Shown: positions 29,556 to 40,250, counted from the first letter of the stretch. The stretch is 64,000 bases of DNA from an uncultured Gemmatimonadales bacterium (GCA_963831425.1 CAWHQC010000031.1:330199-394198); one strand, 5' to 3'. The notes: generated by a model not told the origin, from the letters alone. Numbers and translations: made by a program.

Positions 29556-30443
29556 GTGCTCCATGCCCGGCGCCTCCCGGGAGCACCGGGCGGCGCTGTC
29601 GAGCGTCCGCCACGCCATCTATCCCAACCGCTTCTCTCTCGGGGCGCTGCCAGCGCGCCCGCGCCCTCTTCCTCGAGCGACTCGCCCGTGACCAACAGTC
29701 CCTACCGCCGGCTCGACGACAACAAGCTGCCCACCGAGGACGAGCAGCTCCTGGAGAGCCCGTCTCCGCAGCGGCCGGAACAGCTATTCCAGAAATCGGA
29801 TTCCTGGCGCGTCCTCCGCATCATGGGCGAATTCGTGTGGGGGTTCGATCATCTGGCCGACGTGTACGAAGGGGTGACGGTCTTCGGCTCCGCCCGGACG
29901 ACGCCCACCGACCCGCTGTACATGAAGGCCGTGCAGACAGCGAAGCTGCTGGCGCAGGCCAGCATTCCCGTCATCACGGGCGGTGGCCCCGGCATCATGG
30001 AGGCGGCCAATCGCGGCGCCAGGGAGGGGGGCGGGCTCTCGATCGGGTGCAATATCGAGCTGCCGTTCGAGCAGGGGTCGAACGCCTACCTCAGCCGCAG
30101 CCTCAACTTCAAGTTCTTCTTCGTGCGGAAGACGATGTTCGTGAAGTATGCCACCGCGTTCCTCGTCTTTCCCGGCGGGTACGGCACGTTGGATGAGCTG
30201 TTCGAGGCGCTCACGCTCATCCAGACCGGGAAGGTGAAGCATTTTCCGGTGATATTGTTCGGCAGCGCGTACTGGGCCGGGCTGGTGGAGTGGCTCACCC
30301 GCACGGTGGCGGAGGAGCGCAAGATCAATCCGACCGACCTCCTCCTCTTCCGCGTCACCGACGATCCGGCGGAGGCGGCGCGGATCGTCATCGAGGCGCG
30401 GGCGGCGAAGCCCGAAGACGCCGCGGCCCGCATCATGGGATGA
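29556..30443 (+). CDS. LOG / TIGR00730-family Rossmann-fold nucleotide-binding protein
   Basis: [14 protein letters not shown] and [12 protein letters not shown] motifs. The start is uncertain; GTG 29688 ([11 protein letters not shown]) is plausible. Confidence 0.8.
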   Translation: MLHARRLPGAPGGAVERPPRHLSQPLLSRGAASAPAPSSSSDSPVTNSPYRRLDDNKLPTEDEQLLESPSPQRPEQLFQKSDSWRVLRIMGEFVWGFDHLADVYEGVTVFGSARTTPTDPLYMKAVQTAKLLAQASIPVITGGGPGIMEAANRGAREGGGLSIGCNIELPFEQGSNAYLSRSLNFKFFFVRKTMFVKYATAFLVFPGGYGTLDELFEALTLIQTGKVKHFPVILFGSAYWAGLVEWLTRTVAEERKINPTDLLLFRVTDDPAEAARIVIEARAAKPEDAAARIMG

Positions 30444-30459
30444 GCAACGGGATGAGCAG

Positions 30460-31635
30460 ATGACCAGACCTTCGGACCAGTATCTGCGCGGCCAGCGCAT
30501 CGAGCCCACGCCCATCGCGGGCGGGGAGACCGTCGCCACGCTGATCGACAACGCGTTCCTGGCCTACAATGCCGGCCGGCTGCGCGAAGGCTGCCAGCTC
30601 TTCACCCAGCGCATGCTCGAGCCGGGCACCACCGTGGGAATGACCCTCACCGGCGCCATGACGCCGGCGGGACTCGGGATGAGCTGTCTCATCCCGCTCA
30701 TGGAAGCGGGATTCGTGGACTGGGTCATCTCGACCGGAGCCAACCTCTACCACGACGCGCACTTCGCGCTCGGCCTCGCGATGCACCGCGGCACGCCCAC
30801 GGCGAACGACGTCGAGCTCCGCGACAAGGGCGTCGTGCGGATCTACGACATCTTCTTCGACTACAGCGTGCTGCTCTCGACCGATGCGTTCATTCGGGAG
30901 GTATCCGCCCGGCCCGAGTTCCAGCGCCCCATGAGCTCGGCGGAATACCACTACCTCCTCGGCGGCTTCGTGCGCGAGCGTGAGCGGGCTCTCGGCCTCT
31001 CGCGCCGATCGGTGCTGGCCGCGGCGCACGAGCTCGAGGTGCCGCTCTACACCAGCTCGCCGGGGGACAGCTCGATCGGGATGAACGTGGCGGAGCAGGC
31101 GCTGGCCGGCAGCAAGCTCCGGTTCGACGTCAGCGCCGACGTGAACGAAACCGCGAGCATCGTGCTCGAGGCCAAGCGCACCGGCGGCCAGAGCGGCGTG
31201 CTGATCGTCGGCGGTGGAAGTCCCAAGAACTTCATGCTGCAGACCGAGCCGCAGATTCAGGAGGTCCTGGGCATCGACGAGCGGGGCCACGACTACTTCC
31301 TGCAGATGACGGACGCCCGTCCCGACACCGGCGGTCTCAGCGGTGCCACGCCCGCGGAGGCGGTGAGCTGGGGCAAGATCGACCCCGACCAGCTTCCAGG
31401 CACCGTCGTGGTGTACACCGACAACTCGATCGCCCTGCCGCTGCTCACGGCGTATGCCATGGAGAAGCACGCCGCCCGTCCGCTCAAGCGGCTGTACGGA
31501 AAGCGCCAGGCGATGATGGACCGGCTGGTGCAGGAATACCAGGCGGCGCTGGCCTACCGTGACGAGCGCGCGGCGCAGTCGCTCAGCCACATGCACCCGG
31601 GCGCCGGGGGAGCCGAGACGGCGGCGCGGCGGTGA
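30460..31635 (+). CDS. Deoxyhypusine synthase family protein (DHS-like / homospermidine-synthase-like)
   Basis: 391 aa with [21 protein letters not shown] and GGGSPKNF blocks typical of the DHS family. Confidence 0.75.
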   Translation: MTRPSDQYLRGQRIEPTPIAGGETVATLIDNAFLAYNAGRLREGCQLFTQRMLEPGTTVGMTLTGAMTPAGLGMSCLIPLMEAGFVDWVISTGANLYHDAHFALGLAMHRGTPTANDVELRDKGVVRIYDIFFDYSVLLSTDAFIREVSARPEFQRPMSSAEYHYLLGGFVRERERALGLSRRSVLAAAHELEVPLYTSSPGDSSIGMNVAEQALAGSKLRFDVSADVNETASIVLEAKRTGGQSGVLIVGGGSPKNFMLQTEPQIQEVLGIDERGHDYFLQMTDARPDTGGLSGATPAEAVSWGKIDPDQLPGTVVVYTDNSIALPLLTAYAMEKHAARPLKRLYGKRQAMMDRLVQEYQAALAYRDERAAQSLSHMHPGAGGAETAARR

Positions 31636-33125
31636 CCCCGCCGCCCACCCGGGCCTCTAGCTGGTACGCACTCGGCCTGCTGGCGCTCATCAATCTCCTC
31701 AACTACGTCGACCGCAATGTCATCTATGCCCTCTTCGAACCGATCAAGCGCGATCTCGCGCTGACCGACTCGCAGCTCGGCTGGCTGGGCTCCGCCTACA
31801 TCTTCGTCTTCTCGGTCTCGGCCCTGCCGTTCGGTGTGCTCAGCGACTTGCGCTCGCGCCGGGCGGTGATCGCCGGCGGGGTGGCGGTCTGGAGCGCGTT
31901 CACGTTCCTGAGCGGGCTGGTCAACAGCTTCGGCCAGCTCTTCACGTGCCGGGCCGTCGTCGGCGTGGGAGAGGCGGCCTACGGACCCGCGGCAGCGTCG
32001 CTCGTGGCCGACTACTTCCCGGCGCGTGGCCGCGCCGTGGCGATGGGGATTCTCTCGTCCGGCATCGCGCTGGGCGGCGTGCTCGGGCTCCTGCTCGGCG
32101 GCCATCTCGAGGGGATCTACGGCTGGCGGGTGGCGTTCATGACGGTCGGCGTGCCCGGCTTCGTCCTGGCGCTGCTCGTGTCACGCCTCGTGGATCCGAC
32201 ACGCGCCCCGGCACAGCTGACCGTGCGCTCCTTTCTGCGTGACTTCGAGCTCGGTGTGCGGCCGCTGGTGCGGAACCTGTGGCCGCTGCTCGCGGCCGTT
32301 GTCCTGGGCGGCGCGGCGGCGTACCGGCTCGACCGCCGCTATGGCGCCAGCTCCAAAGTGGATCTCGCCGTCTTCAGCGCCGCGCTCGGGCTCGGGCTCA
32401 CGCTCACGGTCTTCCGCTGGGTCCGGCGCACGCCGGCGGACGTAGCGGCGGATACCTCGTTCGGCAGCGGCATCAGCGGCGCGTTCGACGAGATCGTGCG
32501 GGCGGGCCGCACGGTGCTCCGGACGCCGACGCTGGTCTACGTCTTTCTCGCCGGCGCGATGATCTCGTTCGGCCTGAACGGCATCGTGGGCTGGGGCCCG
32601 ACGTTTGTCTCCCGCGAGCTCGACCTGAGCGCCGCCGAAGCGGCGGCTCTCCTGGGAAAATGGGGGTTGATCTCGGGGACCGCGGGCACGCTGTTCGGCG
32701 GCGTGTTCGCGGACTGGCTTCGGCGCCGCTGGGAGACGGCGCGGGTGATCGTCGTCGCGCTCGGGCTGCTGCTCGGCGGGCCGCTGGCGCTCTGGCTGCT
32801 CACCATTCGTGACCCGGTGCTGTTTCAGGCGGTGTTCGCGATCGCATTCTTCTGCCTGTCCTGGTATACGGGGCCGATGACGGCCGTGATCTTTGACGTC
32901 GTGCCCGCGCGCATCAGCGCGACGGTCGCGGGGGCCTATCTGCTCTTCATCCACCTCGCGGGTGACGCCATCGCGTTGCCGCTCGTCGGCAGCCTGAGCG
33001 ACCGGTTCGGCCTCGATCGCGCGATTCTGCTGTTGCCGCTGGTGGTGATCGTCGGCGGGGCCGTCGTGCTCGGCGCGATGCGGACACTGGGGCGGGACAT
33101 GCACCGCGAGCTGGTGGAGAGGTGA
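31632..33125 (+). CDS. MFS transporter (Spinster-like)
   Basis: GTG 31632 overlaps the DHS-like stop (GTGA). Contains [15 protein letters not shown] and about 12 TM segments. Confidence 0.8.
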   Translation: MTPPPTRASSWYALGLLALINLLNYVDRNVIYALFEPIKRDLALTDSQLGWLGSAYIFVFSVSALPFGVLSDLRSRRAVIAGGVAVWSAFTFLSGLVNSFGQLFTCRAVVGVGEAAYGPAAASLVADYFPARGRAVAMGILSSGIALGGVLGLLLGGHLEGIYGWRVAFMTVGVPGFVLALLVSRLVDPTRAPAQLTVRSFLRDFELGVRPLVRNLWPLLAAVVLGGAAAYRLDRRYGASSKVDLAVFSAALGLGLTLTVFRWVRRTPADVAADTSFGSGISGAFDEIVRAGRTVLRTPTLVYVFLAGAMISFGLNGIVGWGPTFVSRELDLSAAEAAALLGKWGLISGTAGTLFGGVFADWLRRRWETARVIVVALGLLLGGPLALWLLTIRDPVLFQAVFAIAFFCLSWYTGPMTAVIFDVVPARISATVAGAYLLFIHLAGDAIALPLVGSLSDRFGLDRAILLLPLVVIVGGAVVLGAMRTLGRDMHRELVER

Positions 33126-33493
33126 CGGAATTCGTCCATCGGCCTCGTGCGCTCCGGCTCTTCCGAGCGGATGGCTGGGCGGCGCAGTGCTACAGGCGGT
33201 TGCGCAGGGGACAGCGGCTCACGCCACTGCCAGGCGGCCGCACCGGTCAGCGCCGCCTCCGATATACAGTGTGAGGTCTCGCATGATTTCCTTCGGGTGC
33301 AGGAACCCAGAACCGTACATAGGGGAAGGGGGTATGCCAACCGCGGCCGAATTCTGCACTTCCGCCGGGCAGGACGCCACGAGCGCCGTGCGCACCCCTG
33401 CCACAATTGCGCGGGCAAGTCGGCTAACTAGCTGGTGGCCAAAGAGATGCTCTGTGTCGGGGGACGGCATACGTCCTGCCCCCACCAACCGCC

Positions 33494-35032
33494 ATGCCGT
33501 TCAGCGACAGCGCCAGCGACCCCGATCAGGGCAGCACGGCTCCCCCCGGGGAGCCGCTCGTTCCGCTCCTGCGGGTCGAACAGGCGCTGAGCGATCCGGA
33601 CGCGCTCGCAACCTGGCATGCGGCACTCTCGAACGCTCTCTCCGCTGACCTGCCCCACGATCTGCTGGGCCTCTGGCTCTATCCATGGAGCGGTGGCGTC
33701 GCGCTGCTCGGCCCCGAGGCGCTGGCGCAGGACAGCCTGGTCGTGCCACTCGCCGCGCCGCAGGTACAGCCAGGCCAACTGGCGATTTTCGAGGCGACCA
33801 TCCGGCGCGCGGGCTACAGGTCCGTGGCCTGCCTCCCGATCCGCTCGGGCCGGCGGGATGTTGGCCTCCTGCTCGCGGCCGCGCTGGAGCCTATGCGCTA
33901 CGGCGACAGCCAGCTCATGACTCTCGAGGTGGTGGCTCAGCGGCTGGCACCGATGCTCGGCCGCCTGGCCCGCCAGTGGGGCACGACGGGTGACACCGCC
34001 CCGGAAGTCGCGCATCTCGAGGCGCTGGTGGACGCCGTGGCATTCGCGGGCACCCAGTCGGGAACTCCGCAGCTCTACGTCGCCGAGCTGGGCCGGGCGC
34101 TCGAGCCCGTGCTGCCCCACGATCTCCTTGAGCTGCTCGTGGCCGATGCTGCGGCCACGCGGGTGTACCGGCTGGGCGAGCACACCGGCGGACCGCTCTG
34201 GGCCGATCCTTCCCTGGAGATCGGCCGGGAGTACCTCGACCTCGAGGCGCTTTTCGCCGGTGCGGACCGGCTCATCATCGCCGATACGTACCAGGACTCA
34301 CGCTGGCCACGCGGCTATTTCACGGTGGAGGAGCCGGCGGGAGCGGAGCCGCGCGCGGTGGTCGGAGCCCGGGTGCACGGGGTCCGAGGGCTCGAAGCCT
34401 ATCTCCTGGCGGGCAGCGTGAGCGCGGACTTCTACGATGACGCGGACGCCGCGCTGCTGGCGCGGGTCGCCGCCCTGATTGCGGCGCAGGTTTCCCTCCT
34501 GGTCTCGGCCGCCACGCCTGCCGTGCCGGCGCCGCCAATTCCGACCGGACCCGAACCAGCGAGCGCGTTGGATGCCGCGGAGCAGCTCGCCACCGGCATC
34601 GAATTCGCCGAGACGACTCGCCGGGTGGCCGATCTGGCTGCTCGGTTCCTGCCGTTCGACGCGATGCACTTCGCCTTGCGGCTGAGCGAGGGAGACCGCG
34701 TGGTGCTGCTGCAGCCGGGGGAAAGCCGAGCGCTGCCCGACCTGCCGCTGGTGCCGGTGGGTGGGACCGCCCTTGCCGCGGTGCTCCAGGGCGAGATCCC
34801 GCATTCTTTCCTGCTGGCCGAGGGTGAGGCGCGCCTGATCGTACCCCTGCGGGTGGCGGGACGGGTGCACGGCGCCATGGTGCTCACCGCATGCCACCCC
34901 GCGATTCTCCGCGAGGTGCATCTGCGTCCGGCGCAGCAGCTCGCGGACGTGATCGCCGCGCATCTGGAGCTGCTGCGCCGGACGGCGCTTCTGCCGCCCC
35001 CTTACCTGCCCGGGTGGAAGAAAATCAGGTGA
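33494..35032 (+). CDS. Protein built of three tandem GAF-like domains with no recognisable output domain
   Basis: 512 aa with three roughly 150-aa segments. Each ends in a GAF-like pattern: LPIRSGRRDVGLLLAAAL, ARVHGVRGLEAYLLAGSV and VPLRVAGRVHGAMVLTAC. Confidence 0.6.
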   Translation: MPFSDSASDPDQGSTAPPGEPLVPLLRVEQALSDPDALATWHAALSNALSADLPHDLLGLWLYPWSGGVALLGPEALAQDSLVVPLAAPQVQPGQLAIFEATIRRAGYRSVACLPIRSGRRDVGLLLAAALEPMRYGDSQLMTLEVVAQRLAPMLGRLARQWGTTGDTAPEVAHLEALVDAVAFAGTQSGTPQLYVAELGRALEPVLPHDLLELLVADAAATRVYRLGEHTGGPLWADPSLEIGREYLDLEALFAGADRLIIADTYQDSRWPRGYFTVEEPAGAEPRAVVGARVHGVRGLEAYLLAGSVSADFYDDADAALLARVAALIAAQVSLLVSAATPAVPAPPIPTGPEPASALDAAEQLATGIEFAETTRRVADLAARFLPFDAMHFALRLSEGDRVVLLQPGESRALPDLPLVPVGGTALAAVLQGEIPHSFLLAEGEARLIVPLRVAGRVHGAMVLTACHPAILREVHLRPAQQLADVIAAHLELLRRTALLPPPYLPGWKKIR

Positions 35033-35233
35033 CGACCTGCCTTGGCAGCTAAGGGCCCGACGATCGGCTGGGGGAGCGACTCCCGGGGTGCACTGATGGT
35101 GGCGAGTGATGGCCCCAGAGCGAGTGGAGGGTGCGCCGCGCCTCTGGCCCGCAGGACCAGCAACAGCGGTCCGGACAGGCGGACGGTGCGCATCGTCATC
35201 AACGTTTGCGACTCCGTCGCCCAAGTCCAACCT

Positions 35234-35449
35234 TTATCCCGCGGCACCCTCCCTCAATAGCTCGCGGAACTCCGTTTCGCCGGTGGCGAGCATCCGGCGC
35301 AGGTACGGGCGGCAGAGTCCGCACTGGCCACCACACCCGGTCTCGCGGACCAGCTCGTCCAGGGCCCACCCCGCCGCACGGGCCAGCGGGAGCAGGCGCG
35401 CGAACGGTGTGCGCCGGCAGACGCACATGGTCACCAGCACGTCCGACAC
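35234..35449 (-). CDS. BFD-like [2Fe-2S]-binding protein
   Basis: MCVCRRTPF...TGCGGQCGLCRPYL gives the four-Cys BFD pattern. The true start is probably ATG 35428. Confidence 0.75.
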   Translation of the reverse strand: MSDVLVTMCVCRRTPFARLLPLARAAGWALDELVRETGCGGQCGLCRPYLRRMLATGETEFRELLREGAAG

Positions 35450-35451
35450 CG

Positions 35452-36162
35452 CTACGGGTTGGTGGGGCGGATGTCGAGCTCGCTCACCAGGGCCCGCTCG
35501 GGGAGCTGGACGGCGTGCAGGATGGCGTCGGCCACGTCGTCAGGCTGCAGGATGCGCTCCGGATTCGACTTGAGCATCGGCTGGTCGTGGAGCATGCCCG
35601 TGTCCACCGATCCCGGGCAGATGGCGATCACCCGGATGCCTTCCTTCCGGAACTCCTGCATCAGCGCGCGGCTGAAGCCGAGCACGGCGTGCTTGGACGC
35701 GCAGTAAGCGGTGCCGCCGGCGAACCCGTTTCGGCCGGCGAGGCTGGCGACGTTCACGATCGTTCCTCCGCGGCGGCGCCGCATGGCCGGAAGGACGGCG
35801 CGGGTCACGAGGAAGAGACTCCGGAGGTTGGTGGCCATCGTCGTGTCCCAATCCTCCAGAGTCAGCTCCTCGAACGGCCGCGCGATCATGACCCCGGCGT
35901 TGTTGACCAGCAGACCGATTTCGCCCACGGCGCGGGTGAGCTGCTCCACCGCGCGGGCCACCTGGACGGGATCGCCCACGTCGGCGGCGGCGCCGGCGGC
36001 CTCGATTCCCTCGCCTGCAAGCTCCGCGACGAGCGCGTCGAGGGCACCCGCCGTCCGGGCGCAGACGGCGATTCGGTATCCCGCGCGCCCGAGCGTGAAC
36101 GCGGTGGCGCGGCCGATTCCCTGCGTGGCGCCCGTGACGAGCGCGGTGACCATGTTCGTCAT
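35452..36162 (-). CDS. SDR family oxidoreductase
   Basis: TGATQGIG, NNAG and YCASKHAV (YxxxK). Confidence 0.85.
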   Translation of the reverse strand: MTNMVTALVTGATQGIGRATAFTLGRAGYRIAVCARTAGALDALVAELAGEGIEAAGAAADVGDPVQVARAVEQLTRAVGEIGLLVNNAGVMIARPFEELTLEDWDTTMATNLRSLFLVTRAVLPAMRRRRGGTIVNVASLAGRNGFAGGTAYCASKHAVLGFSRALMQEFRKEGIRVIAICPGSVDTGMLHDQPMLKSNPERILQPDDVADAILHAVQLPERALVSELDIRPTNP

Positions 36163-36179
36163 GGCGGCAATCTAACGCG

Positions 36180-36788
36180 CTACCGCCGGAGTGACGCCAC
36201 CTCCGCGCTGAGCGCATCAAGACGCTGGAGCAGCTCGGCGTGGCGGGCGGCGTCGGTTTCCCCGGGCCGCCCCCGGAAGTAGATGGTGCCGTTCGGGTAC
36301 AGCGTCGCGCTGTCCACTTCGTCCAGCGTGTCGAACCCGCGCTCGTGGGCCTTGGCGGTGAGCTCGGCGGCGTTGATGCGAAGGCGTCGCATCTCGTCCT
36401 CGTTTACCTGGCCCGCGGCCACCAGGCAAACGTCCCGGTCGGTGTGGAACAGCAACTGCTTCGACGGGCCACGATAGAACAGCCGTACGAGCAGCGCGTT
36501 GATTCCCAGCAGGGCGGCCGCCCCGACGATTCCGCCGGTGAGCGAGGTATCGTTCCCGATGATGGCGTTCTGCACGGTGTTGGAGAGGGTCAGCAGCACG
36601 ACGAAATCGAACGGGTTGAGCTGAGCCAGCAGGCGCTTGCCGACGGTTCGGAGCCCGAGCACCAGGACCAGGTAGACGAGGATCGGCCGGACCACCTTCT
36701 CCAGCAGTGAGACGGGATGCGTGGCGCTGTCCAGCGCCCCGAAGTGGCTCAGGTTGGCCCAGAGCGCGGGCCAGTCGACGTGGGGCAT
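36180..36788 (-). CDS. DUF421 (YetF-like) membrane protein
   Basis: LNPFDFVVLLTLSNTVQNAI block with N-terminal TM segments. Confidence 0.7.
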   Translation of the reverse strand: MPHVDWPALWANLSHFGALDSATHPVSLLEKVVRPILVYLVLVLGLRTVGKRLLAQLNPFDFVVLLTLSNTVQNAIIGNDTSLTGGIVGAAALLGINALLVRLFYRGPSKQLLFHTDRDVCLVAAGQVNEDEMRRLRINAAELTAKAHERGFDTLDEVDSATLYPNGTIYFRGRPGETDAARHAELLQRLDALSAEVASLRR

Positions 36789-36820
36789 GGGCTCGGTCTC
36801 CGGCGATTAGCTTTCCGGGC

Positions 36821-38716
36821 ATGGCGCTTCCGCTGCAGCATCCGATTGTACGGCCCAACCGAGGCTCCCGTAAGCCCATCGAGCCGCCGCCGGGCTGGCG
36901 CGCCCGGCTCCAGGCGCTGCGGCACGTGCCCCGCCTGCTCGGCCTGGTGTGGCGGACTGAGCCGCGCTACGTGGTGGGCATCCTGGTGCTCCGCGTGGTG
37001 CGGTCGCTGGTGCCGCTCGCGGTGCTCTGGATCGGGAAGCTCATCGTGGACGAGGTGGTGCTCGCGATGGGTGTGGCGGGGCGCGGCGCGGCCGTCGACT
37101 GGGCCCGGCTGGGCGAACTGGTCGTCGTCGAGCTGGCCATCGCGCTCACCGGCGAAGGCCTGGCGCGGGTGTCGGCCCTCCTCGAGAGCCTGCTCGGCGA
37201 TCTGTTCGCCAACGAGACGAGCGTCGAGCTGATGCGCCATGCCGCCACGCTCGACCTGGAGCAGTTCGAGGACGCCGAGCTGTATGACAAGCTGGAGCGG
37301 GCACGGCGGCAGACCGTGGGACGGATCGGTCTCTTCACCATGCTGCTCTCCTCGGTGCAGGACGCGATCACTCTCGCGACTCTGGCGGCGGCACTCGCCG
37401 TGTACGTGCCATGGCTGCTGGTGCTGCTCCTGCTGGCGGTGCTTCCCTCACTCCTCGGCGAGACCCACTTCGCCTCGCTGGGCTACTCGCTGCTCTACTC
37501 CTGGACCCCGGAGCGGCGCCAACTCGACTACCTGCGCTACATCGGCGCGAGCGACATCTCGGCCAAGGAGCTCAAGCTCTTCGGGCTGTCCGACTTCCTG
37601 GTCGAGCGTTACGACCGCCTGAGCGACGATTTCTACGAGGCCAACAAGCGGCTGGCCATCCGGCGGAGCTTCGTGTCCACCCTGCTCGCGGCGGTCGGGA
37701 CGCTCGGATACTACGGGGCCTACGGCGTGATCATCTACCTGACGGTGATCGGCTACCGCTCACCGGCGGGGCTCTTCACCATCGGCGTGCTCACCTTCCT
37801 CGCGGGGTCGTTCCGCCAGAGCCGCGACCTGATCCAGCGGGTGCTGCTCTCGCTCTCGCAGGTGTTCGAGCAGAGCCTCTACCTGGACGATCTGTTCAGC
37901 TTTCTCGCCGTCGAGCCGCGGATCCAGCGCAACCCCGGCGCCCGGCAGGTCCCGGTGCCGATCCGGACGGGGGTGGTTTTCGAGAACGTCGGCTTCCGCT
38001 ACCCGGGTTCCGAGCGGTGGGCGGTGCGCGGGCTGGACTTCTCACTCGCGCCGGGCGAGCGAATCGCGCTGGTCGGCGAGAACGGCGCGGGGAAGACCAC
38101 GCTGGTGAAGCTGCTGGCCCGCCTCTACGATCCGGTGGAGGGGCGCATCCTGCTCGACGGCGTGGATCTCCGCGAGTACGACGTCGACAGCGTGCGGCGG
38201 AACGTGGGGGTCATCTTTCAGGACTTCGTGCGGTACGACTTCGTGCTCCGGGAGAACATTGCCGTCGGCAACATCGCGGCGCGGGAGGACGAGCCCCGGA
38301 TCGAGACTGCCGCGCAGCGAAGCCTGGCTGACACGGTCGCGGCCAGGCTGGCGGGGCGCTACGACCAGATGCTGGGGCGCCGGTTCGACAACGGCGTGGA
38401 CCTCTCGGGCGGGGAGTGGCAGAAGGTGGCGCTGGCCCGGGCGTACATGCGCGACGCGCAGCTTCTCATCCTGGACGAGCCGACCGCGGCACTCGACGCT
38501 CGGGCCGAGTACGAGGTGTTCCTCCGGTTCTCGGAGCTGACGGCGGGCCGCATGGCGGTGCTCATCTCCCACCGGTTCAGCACGGTCCGGATGGCCGACC
38601 GTATTCTGGTCCTCCAGGGCGGCGAACTGGTGGAGCAGGGGACGCACGAGGCGCTGGTGGCCCAGGGCGGTCTCTACGCCGAACTGTTCCACCTGCAGGC
38701 GGCCGGGTACCGCTGA
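36821..38716 (+). CDS. ABC transporter ATP-binding/permease fusion (type I exporter, MsbA-like)
   Basis: Starts at ATG 36821. Has a six-TM domain followed by GENGAGKTT, LSGGEWQKVALARA and LILDEPTAALD. Confidence 0.85.
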   Translation: MALPLQHPIVRPNRGSRKPIEPPPGWRARLQALRHVPRLLGLVWRTEPRYVVGILVLRVVRSLVPLAVLWIGKLIVDEVVLAMGVAGRGAAVDWARLGELVVVELAIALTGEGLARVSALLESLLGDLFANETSVELMRHAATLDLEQFEDAELYDKLERARRQTVGRIGLFTMLLSSVQDAITLATLAAALAVYVPWLLVLLLLAVLPSLLGETHFASLGYSLLYSWTPERRQLDYLRYIGASDISAKELKLFGLSDFLVERYDRLSDDFYEANKRLAIRRSFVSTLLAAVGTLGYYGAYGVIIYLTVIGYRSPAGLFTIGVLTFLAGSFRQSRDLIQRVLLSLSQVFEQSLYLDDLFSFLAVEPRIQRNPGARQVPVPIRTGVVFENVGFRYPGSERWAVRGLDFSLAPGERIALVGENGAGKTTLVKLLARLYDPVEGRILLDGVDLREYDVDSVRRNVGVIFQDFVRYDFVLRENIAVGNIAAREDEPRIETAAQRSLADTVAARLAGRYDQMLGRRFDNGVDLSGGEWQKVALARAYMRDAQLLILDEPTAALDARAEYEVFLRFSELTAGRMAVLISHRFSTVRMADRILVLQGGELVEQGTHEALVAQGGLYAELFHLQAAGYR

Positions 38717-38759
38717 GCCCGCTGCCCCGGCAACGGAACGGCCGGTCCGGCCCGGTGGC

Positions 38760-39629
38760 TTGCACGGCCATCGAATTACGGAGGCTGACGTGGTCCATGA
38801 GCTCGAGGGCGCCGGGGCGCTGCTGATCGACGCCCACGTGCACCTGCACGATTGCTATGCCCCGCAGCGCTTCTTCGAGCATGCGGCGGGCAATTTCGAA
38901 CGAGCGGCGCGGGAGCGCGGATGGAGCCCCACGCCCGGCGTGCTCCTGCTCACCGAGTCGGCCGGCGTGGACTGGTTCGGCCGCCTGGCAGCCGTGGCCG
39001 CGGGCGCGGCCGAGCTGCCGCTGGGTTCCTGGACGCTCACCGCCACGCCCGATCCGAACGCGTTGCTGGCGAGCCGCGGAGCGGAGCGGTTGCTGCTGGT
39101 GTCAGGCCGGCAGGTGGTGGCGCGGGAAGGGCTCGAAGTCCTGCTGCTGGCCACGCGTGCCAGCGTTCCCGATCGGCTCCCCGTCCGGGAGATCCTGGCG
39201 GAGGGCGAGCGGCTCGGCGCCTTGCGGGTGATCCCCTGGGGTGCCGGGAAATGGCTCTTCGGCCGCGGCCGCCTCGTGAGCGAGCTCGTTGAGGCAGCCC
39301 AGCCGGGCGACGGCTTCTTTCTGGGCGACGGTGCGGGGCGGCCGTTTTTCTGGGGCACACCCCGCCATTTCGTCCAGGCCGAGCGGCGCGGCATTCGAGT
39401 GCTGCCGGGCACCGACCCGTTGCCGTTTCCCCGGGAGGTGACCCGACCCGGAGGCTACGGGTTCCGCCTGGAAGCGCCGGGAGATCTCACCATGCCGGCC
39501 GAAGCGATCAAGGGCGCACTTCGCGCTTCGGACGCTCGGCTCACGCCCTTCGGGCAACTGGAGCGGCTGGCCCCGTTCATCCGGAGCCAGCTCGCCATGC
39601 AGCGTCGCAAGCGCCGGGGCGCCCGCTAG
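38760..39629 (+). CDS. Hypothetical protein with an N-terminal IDAHVHLHD metal-hydrolase-like motif
   Basis: ORF track entry. Only the HxH-type motif is recognisable. The start is uncertain. Confidence 0.4.
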   Translation: MHGHRITEADVVHELEGAGALLIDAHVHLHDCYAPQRFFEHAAGNFERAARERGWSPTPGVLLLTESAGVDWFGRLAAVAAGAAELPLGSWTLTATPDPNALLASRGAERLLLVSGRQVVAREGLEVLLLATRASVPDRLPVREILAEGERLGALRVIPWGAGKWLFGRGRLVSELVEAAQPGDGFFLGDGAGRPFFWGTPRHFVQAERRGIRVLPGTDPLPFPREVTRPGGYGFRLEAPGDLTMPAEAIKGALRASDARLTPFGQLERLAPFIRSQLAMQRRKRRGAR

Positions 39630-39630
39630 G

Positions 39631-40113
39631 CTACTCGCCGCTCTTCCCGGTGACCGGCACCTGCGCGACCGATGCGATCTTCCAGCCCCGGAGCCCCCGC
39701 CGCAAGACGGCCAGGTAGTGACTCACGTTCTCACCGCCATCCTTCGGGTGCATCTTCGCAGTGCCGAAATCCAGCGCGGTGCCGCCATACACCCGGACCG
39801 TGTCGGACGTAAGCACCATGTGCGGCCAGTTGGGTGCATCCTTCTCCAACACCTCGCGGATGGCCTTGGCGCCCATGAGCTCGCTGCCATCCGGCTGGAT
39901 GACGATAGCCTCGTCCAGATACATGGCCGCAACCGCCGCCGCGTTCTTGGCGTTGAACGCTTCAGCGTACGAGGCTCGCGTCGTGTTGAGCTGGTCGATG
40001 ACGGTGCGGAGGGGGATGTGCGGAGTCTCGACTCCCTGCGCGGCGGCGGTGCCGGCGAGAGTCAGTGCCAATACCAGCGGGACAGCCAGGCGGAAGCGCG
40101 ACAGGCGTGGCAC
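39631..40113 (-). CDS. Secreted SnoaL-like / DUF4440 (NTF2 fold) protein
   Basis: GTG 40113 is preceded by GGAGGA. The signal peptide is RLSRFRLAVPLVLALTLAGTAAAQG. An NTF2-like core is present. Confidence 0.6.
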   Translation of the reverse strand: MPRLSRFRLAVPLVLALTLAGTAAAQGVETPHIPLRTVIDQLNTTRASYAEAFNAKNAAAVAAMYLDEAIVIQPDGSELMGAKAIREVLEKDAPNWPHMVLTSDTVRVYGGTALDFGTAKMHPKDGGENVSHYLAVLRRGLRGWKIASVAQVPVTGKSGE

Positions 40114-40209
40114 GTGGTCCTCCAATTGTGGGGGGATCGGCGTATGCCGCACTATGCTACAGCCCGGTCCCCGCTCGCGCCAGCCCGATTTGACAACTCC
40201 TTCCGCCCT

Positions 40210-40247
40210 CTCCACCTTGAAAATCCAACTCTCCGAAGGAGGTGGAG
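40210..40247 (+). promoter_or_regulatory. Hairpin able to sequester the EF-G paralog Shine-Dalgarno sequence
   Basis: CTCCACCT (40210-40217) is the exact reverse complement of AGGTGGAG (40240-40247). The second lies inside AGGAGGTGGAGG, immediately before ATG 40251. Confidence 0.35.
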
Positions 40248-40250
40248 GCC

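Noticed and set aside
29549-29562. A shared motif, CTAT(AT)TGTGCTCC, upstream of the LOG gene and (minus strand, 46204-46215) upstream of the ATP-grasp operon. A similar CCTATATTGT lies before parA (14494-14503).
   Set aside because: It is suggestive of a common -10 region. However, exact 11-mer repeats are expected many times by chance in a 64-kb window. It is not called as a feature and is mentioned only as weak support for a promoter in the 46.2-kb spacer.
33223-33229. A GCCACTG match to the cobalamin-riboswitch core, upstream of the triple-GAF gene.
   Set aside because: The other conserved cobalamin elements, the GGUG..AA.UCC region and the B12 box, are not present around it. A 7-mer match alone is expected by chance.
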